From positions 715,262 to 779,261 of the forward strand of contig NW_002060963.1 in assembly GCF_000150275.1 (NCBI RefSeq): a stretch of DNA of 64,000 bases, in the 5' to 3' direction. Position 1 is the stretch's first letter. Every line of letters begins with the position of its first letter. Source of the DNA: Trichoplax adhaerens (lineage: Eukaryota; Animalia; Placozoa). The notes below the pieces were generated by a model. That model was not told the origin of the DNA. It searched no databases and saw only the letters and a list, made by a program, of their open reading frames with translations. The translations under genes and the position numbers were made by a program. Positions 56,908 through 64,000 of this stretch are shown here, piece after piece.

Positions 56908-57373
56908 TATATATTGTACATAAAGCAATACATTATAAGAAAATGGACAGCTACATTATCTTACTATATATGCTTCCTCTCTGTTTATGGATTCACACTT
57001 ATAACGCAATACAATTCGATTAATCAATATGAACGGGTACATATTGTACATAAGAAAATCGACAGCTACATTATCTTACTATATATGCTTCCTCTCTGTT
57101 TATGGATTCACACTTATAACGCAATACAATTCGATTAATCAATATGAACGGGTACATATTGTACATAAGAAAATCGACAGCTACATTATCTTACTATATA
57201 TGCTTCCTCTCTGTTTATGAATTCACACTCATAACGCAATACAATTCGATTAATCAATATGAACGGGTACATATTGTACATAAGAAAATTGACAGCTACA
57301 TTATCTTACTATATATGCTTCCTCTCTGTTTATGGATTCACACTTATAACGCAATACAATTCGATTAATCAAT
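56908..57373. repeat. 115-bp tandem repeat, about 4 near-identical copies, plus a partial copy at ~57487-57518
   Basis: ATGAACGGGTACATATTGTACATAAG anchors at 57029, 57144 and 57259; first copy from ~56908. Confidence 0.95.
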
Positions 57374-57374
57374 A

Positions 57375-57405
57375 CTAGTGCAAACTCCCGTCGCTTTGCT
57401 GACGG
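57375..57405 (-). mobile_element. Helitron-like 3' terminus (hairpin + CTAG)
   Basis: Minus strand reads CCGTC-A-GC-AAA-GC-GACGG hairpin, 9-nt spacer, CTAG, then T. Confidence 0.4.
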
Positions 57406-58980
57406 TTTACGATAATGTGCTCATTTAACAGATAGTATTACCATTTGTCGTAGACCTGTCAGAGGTTCAGTAACTTTATACCGTGTACTTATAAGGCAAT
57501 ACAATTCGACTAATCAATAATCAACTACAGTTAATCCATGTTAACTGTGGATACGAGTTGCATGCGAATACATTGTATTAATGCAAGCCATAATCCAACA
57601 ATTACAAAATATTGCGTAGTATTGCACTCGTAGAATAATAGAAGGATTACTCTACTGCTTTCCACTAAAATTTCCCTTACTACCCTCAACTGAATTTATC
57701 TTAAATACGCTTTTGCCTTGTTCTCTCTTATTATACGACCGAGTGAATCTTGTCAAAAATAGCATTAAGAAAAGTACTGAAATTGAACAATTTGATACAT
57801 ATTGGTTACGCATTTCTGTCTTTGCTCGACTCTATGAGTAACCATCAATTAATCAAGAACCACGCTGACGGACCTACAAATTTTCCAAAAGTAGTTCAAG
57901 ATAACTGAAGCCTGATATAATTTCCATGAATTTTGCCCCAATGTTCACCCTATGGACTGCTAAAATGAACTCATTTCTAATATCTAGTACTGTCTGCAAA
58001 CTCGCTCAAATTTGGAGATGAGATTGTGATTGGATTCGTGCTGAACGTACAGTATTAATTGCTATTGTACCAGTACAATAAATACAACACATCATCGATT
58101 TACTATAAGGAATAAGTGCATAGTCTGCTTGATACATCAGTAAACAAAAGTCGAGTAATACAGTATCAGTCACCTTGTAGGTGGTTTTGAAGTAATTACT
58201 CTGTTAAGCGAAAAAGAGTGCTAAGCTGAATCCGAGTAGAATAAATATTTATTTATTTCCGGTGTAAATCATCAATTGTAAGGAGATATTACTGTTAATA
58301 ATTAGCAATGAATTGGATTGTCAGTTCAAACTGGAAAAATAAGCAATCAGTCATCTATCAGCACAAACATTTCATATACATTCTCATAATCCAGCTTCTG
58401 ATCTGCATTCTATGTTTCTAATGTAAATCATAATATTTTATCTAAGCTGTTCTCAACCAACTGACTTAATAATAAAACTATGCTTATTATCACAGTATAC
58501 GTTAGTTTACCTAGTCAATTCGAACCTTGATGGAATACGAAATACTGGAATAAAAAATCTAGCTATGGTTATTAGTAAACAGATAATTTACAGCTAATTT
58601 CATTAGAATTAGCGATTCGTCAAATTAGGAATTAAATCAATATTTTATTATCAAATTTTGAATAGATAAACTAATTTCCTGTTCTGAGTTCATCATTTTT
58701 CTTTGACGATGGCACAATGCATTACAGTACGATCCAAATTCTAAAATTTGTTTTAATAATAACTTTGTACGATATAAGTACAGTATAGTGTTTCCGATAT
58801 TTCATATCGATCTCGTCAATCACAAATAAATACATATCATCTACTATCAACTGTAAAATGTATAAATCTTATAGTCTCTTATAGTCTTGGTGATGGATTG
58901 ACACAGGTACAGTAGTAAACTGTGCTCATATATTTCGGGCTTGTTAGTCTTTAGTCATAATCTGAATTAAAACATCACCC

Positions 58981-61900
58981 CTACAATAAGTAGGTAATGG
59001 CTTCTATAACATTAGTTGCGGTAATAAAATCTTCGCTATCTTTCGATAATATCTTAGCGGCAAACTGTAAGATTGTTAAGGTGCTTCGAAGAGGCAGGTG
59101 ACAAACTGCACAAGAATCAGATTCCTATAACAGAAGGACGCCTTTAGATCAATGTAATGCATTTACTAGTTTTATGATCTAATTTCAATTTCCTAGCTTA
59201 ACCTGTGACTTTATCCAGTTGTATACATGAGGTGGTAAGTTTGACCAGCTAGCAACATTTTCCTTGACTTTATTGTCTGCAAAGAGGACTGCAGCAAGTC
59301 TCTGGCCAGCTACAGTTAGCAATTTTTGTCCAAGCACAGATTCATCTTCTACAGAGGATGCAGCCTACAGTATAGTGATGACGAAATATTTAATTTCATA
59401 ACGTAACCTTACCAATGACGATCTAGTTAGTTATTTACCTTTGCAATTATCTTAGATAAAAGTAAAACTTACTTCTTGTGCCATGGCATCGTATCCACGT
59501 AAGAATAATTCGCAAACAATTTTTCTTTCTATATCATCCTTATCAATTCCATTAAAAGTACGACATAGAAACCGGAGCATTTCAAAGCGCTTAAATGCTA
59601 CACCTGCAGCTGTTTCTTTGCAAGCCTCTGATACATTTTCTTCAGTTATTGACGGGAGACTATCTGTGATAGCACTTGCCACGGACAAGCCAAACTATTA
59701 ATGTTAGACGATTAACAATCAGGGATACACTAATAACGACCAAATGGTAAAAATATCAGCCGACCTTAGTTCGAGCATTGATAAAGGATGCGTCATCTGT
59801 AACGTTGGGTATTTGCGTATTTTTGCTTAGTTCTTGAAAAAGGATTTCTTTACTCTGTATAAGCATACAACATATTGTTATAATAATACGTTATAGATCC
59901 ATTCACAGAAAATAATCCGAGTCATGTGCATGCAAATAAACGCATACTATCGAGTACCTTGGTATCAAATAGAGTCGTCGGCTTTATTGACCTCATTCTT
60001 AAGGTCATAATCAGATATAAAACGGAACAAATTTGCCGATGCAACTGTATCATAAAATTGTTACCAGAGTTTTCCGCTAGGATGTCATCAATTAAAGTTT
60101 CTGGACCACTGTAACAGGAAATGTAAACGCTTATCTTTAACATCTTAAGAAATAGTACTTTGTGTGCGGTTTTATAGCTACGAATTCCTATACCTAATTT
60201 CATTCCACAGTTCGTCAACAGTGTTCGAAATAGGAATCATTTCTGCATCTGTGATCTACATTTGCAATAAAACAGAATACGATCCTTAAGTTCAGTCTAT
60301 AGCTTTCGACAATGAACTTACTGTAATCTTAACATACCTTCGATATAGTAGCTAGTAACAGTGTAGATTGTAATAAAAACTCTTCGAGGGAGTTCTCGCT
60401 CATGCCTGAGATCTATATGTAATTCGAGTTATAGACAATTTAACGGAAATTACCATTATGCATCTTCCATAATGAAAGAACTTATTCTTAATATGCCATA
60501 TCATCCTTACCTTGCGACATAGTCGATCTTTCGGAGCTTTGCCAACCTATATAAAGAATGAATCAGAAAACTGACAGTTACTAGATTGGTAAACTTTATT
60601 TTATATGGTGATACTGTTAATAACAAGGAGATTTTATTCGTTAGTTCACCTTATCCATAAGTCCCAAGATATCACGAATGCCTTTTTCGAAGTAGTCCCT
60701 CCATATTTTAATGCATAGTCCTATGATAAAGTCTAGTTAGCTATGTAATACCCGATGAACAATCAATTTACAATATCTAGTATACCAGTAACACAGCACT
60801 ATTAAGTAATGATTTAACAATTTGCTACAGCTTTACCGCTTTTTAGAACAGTGTCGCTCATAACTGTTGCTATGTTAACAGCCGACTTTAAATTATTAAT
60901 CTCCTAACAGGAATTGTTGAATAGAAAATAAATATTTTCAAAATTAGGTTTATTCACATAAGGCTAAGCTTATGAGTCTATATTTAATTCTCATAGCTCA
61001 ATAAATATTCCATTACACAACACAATTGAGCTACCTCTTTATTTTCTTTCCATAATGTAGCACAACGTATAGAGCAATAAGACGATAACTTGCTAGTTTC
61101 AAGGAGCTCAGGAAGCATATTTTGTAGTCTCCTCACTTCTGTAAATATAATTATTAAGAGTTTATTAGATATCAACTATAAATAAATTTTACTTATAAAT
61201 TATAATTATCAAAACAAATCTCCAGGCGTTAAATTATCAGGAAACCTTTCATCCAAGAATCATCACCATCATCAACGTCAATATCAATCCTTTCCTTTGA
61301 AATTAATGATAATAACTTGCATATATTCTGACAGTTGTCAACTAAGTATTCGGATATAAGTTTAGGGAAAAAAGCCTTTCCAGAGGATAACGCCATTTTT
61401 AAGCTAATATTTAGCAGCGCAGGGGGCATCTGCTCATCGGTCGTATTTTTCGCACCATCATTATGCTTCATAGAAAATGAAAAGCTTGCAAATTCAGAAA
61501 TAGCTATTAAATCAAGTAATCGTTGATAGGATAATGTCCACTGGACTGTTTCTTTAGACAATTCTATCCATTCATTCGATTCTGGTTCCTCCTTGATAGA
61601 CTCCATGACTTCGCCTTCGTGGGACTAATAAAAAAATACGACTTTTCAGAGCGCAAAGATTTTTCGTAATTTAACGTACATACTTGTTTACCTGTAAAAC
61701 TTTTATAACTGCTTGCAGTATCAAAGACAGCACTGCAGCTTCACCGAGTGCGACAGAATTATAGATGATATTATGAAAATATTCCCACCATAATACTGAG
61801 AAATCAGCTATTGTACAATGCTGTGTAGTCAGACGTTTTAATCCTACGACAACAATCAACCAGTAGGATTGAGATTTAATACTATACTCGTACAGTTGAT

Positions 61901-64000
61901 TTAGAAAAAAAATCAGAATACCTTCGCTAGAAATAATGCCTAAAGTTAACAAGTATAGTCTCCGAACGACAGGTTTTATATCATCGTACCGTTCCAAGTG
62001 GCCGATGTCTAACCAATATAAATACAAGACAGCCTATAAAAGAAATTATAGTCTTAAAAACAAACTCACTATGGTTATTTATAGGACCTTAATTAAGACC
62101 AATAAGACTAACCAAAAATTGTAAAAGGTTTGTGTCCAGCGACTTTAAAAGTATGATAATATCGGATACTGAGGTCATTCCCGATAGAACGTCCTTAATT
62201 AATAATACATAAAATGTTAATATTTATCGCCTAGTAAATCATATAGTTTTGATTATCTTCTACGAAAGAAGTTGTCATAGTAAAACTTACTGAAAACATG
62301 AAGCCTCCTATAAGCGAACAGTATTTAAAACAGTATCGTCAGTATTGTTAGACAAAAATATTGTCAAAAGAGTATATATTAATCTTACCTAATGCCAACT
62401 TTTCATCTTCACTTAAATTGCCAGATAACATGATACCATTAAATATCTGGTGCTTGGATGACTTCTGATCGACGTTAAGAAAATGTAGATCGAAGCTATT
62501 TAGCCACTGAATAGCAGAAAAATTTTGATTAAAACCCTTGGATTGTCCTAATATTCTCCTTGTGCATTCGTGGTATCGATTAAGTGATAGAAGCAACTTA
62601 TCGAATTCTTCGGTATCTATGTCAATAGCTGATTCAATAGTATCCGCTGATGCTGTTTTATCTCCAGAATAGTCACATTTACTTTTAATAAGAGCATCAT
62701 AGACATCTAATAGTTGCTGTTGTATGCAGCAAGTAAGGTGAATTAGGCTGGCTTCCTTGGTATCTTCTATGTAAAATGCATTAAGCATTATTATATAGAT
62801 GAACAATATCAAGCGCGATCAAGATCACTAATTACTTACTACCAAAAGTTTTCAGTTTAAGTTCTTCCGTTATATACAATAAAGTATGCAGCTTTACTTT
62901 AGAGCAATTTAAAACCGAAGACATTGCCTGTGCAGTAGTAAAAAATATGCCAAAATTAATTTTAATTAAGATAGTTGTACAGGATGCGTAATATTGTATG
63001 TACTGTCTGAACACGTGATAAAGTATTTACCTGCTGGAAAGATGTAGGTAAAACGAAAGAATCGAAAATCTTGGTAAGTCTGCTTCTCAAATCAGGTTCA
63101 GCACTTTCATCATCTAAAAATATACATTGTCAATGAAAAATTGTCCCAAGAGAGCCAGATGATATTAACTTTCAGGTAATAACGTAATCTACTATATTTC
63201 TGCTAAATCATCTACTCAATGGGAATACAGACAATACCAAGAAAATCTATCTTTCTGGGTGATAGTGAAGAAAAATTGTATTTTACCTTCAGTTTCTATC
63301 AGATTATCTAGTAGGCAAGACAATTCATTCAGTGTGGTTTTATCTCGTAGTACGGCCCCTTCCTTTCCGCTAAAAGTAACTATACTTCAGTACTATATTT
63401 ACAGAAAGATGCTATTCTATGGATATATTAATTTTTTTTTATGCAGACATTTGCTACCAAGACGCACATTTATACTATTACAGGAATAACCCATGGCAGA
63501 TAAAGGTAGAAGATAATCAGATATGTACTAATTGATATTACATTTACCTTAAAGAGCAATAAAAAGGAATTGATATCGATTTTAATGTACCATCAGGCTG
63601 CAATATTAGACAGCAACATAAATTCCAACCTCTTGGATTCAATACATCACTTTGAACAGCGAATCGAACACCCAATGTATCATGTCCAGTATAAAGGAGC
63701 CTGAAGAAAAAGTAAGGAAGTGCTGGTATTAATAATATGGTACCTTGTCAGCGTAAAGTTCAAAATTTTTACAATCTTTCATACTACGAACCTGCAATTC
63801 TTCCCAATATTGAAGACAGCCACACGAGGTCCATTCTGCATTAGCCAAATCTATAATAGATTAATTTTCATTATCAGATCAATGTTAAACTACTTCAGAG
63901 AGAATTTAATTGTAGCTATTACCTCGAGAATACCTCTACGAGCTGCGTAGATGACGAGGAAAAGTCCTCTCCTGCTAGATTGATTTCCAGTGTGATTACT
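58981..64000 (-). CDS. RAB3GAP2: Rab3 GTPase-activating protein non-catalytic subunit, 3' portion (5' end beyond the window)
   Basis: Multi-exon. Conserved [29 protein letters not shown] (~60340-60720), VCELFLRGYDAMAQE, LGQKLLTVAGQRLA, LPPHVYNWIK. Terminal ..NVIEAITYLL* with stop at 58981. Confidence 0.9.

Noticed and set aside
56385-57368. ORFs of 63-125 aa upstream of aftiphilin
   Set aside because: They derive from footprint stacks (Y/C/T/V-rich) and the 115-bp repeat; no recognisable domains.

Overview
AT-rich, intron-dense eukaryotic DNA from a compact-genome early-branching animal. Gene content, short GT-AG introns and low GC suggest a placozoan such as Trichoplax (inference). Eight spliced genes were reconstructed by hand: an EAG-type KCNH potassium channel (+), a TM7SF2-like sterol C14-reductase (+) tail-to-tail with a Tudor/RS-containing LBR paralog (-), PSMC1/Rpt2 (-), a type I membrane protein with WAP, antistasin and thyroglobulin-1 domains (-), SRP9 (+), aftiphilin (-) and the 3' part of RAB3GAP2 (-). 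Several tandem arrays and probable transposon remnants lie between the genes. The strongest unexplained signal is that non-coding DNA, especially promoters, is saturated with TA-CAG-TA / TA-CTG-TA (also TA-CAGTG-TA, TA-CACTG-TA, TA-CCG-TA) modules. Paralogous repeat copies differ by exactly these 5- or 7-bp insertions at TA, which matches Tc1/mariner excision footprints and suggests a chronic hit-and-run mutator writing into regulatory DNA. Other highlights are an ARE-bearing higher-order repeat upstream of PSMC1, a possibly catalytically degenerate LBR beside an intact reductase, and loss of the YNL intrinsic ligand in the KCNH channel. No CRISPR arrays, rRNA or tRNA were seen.
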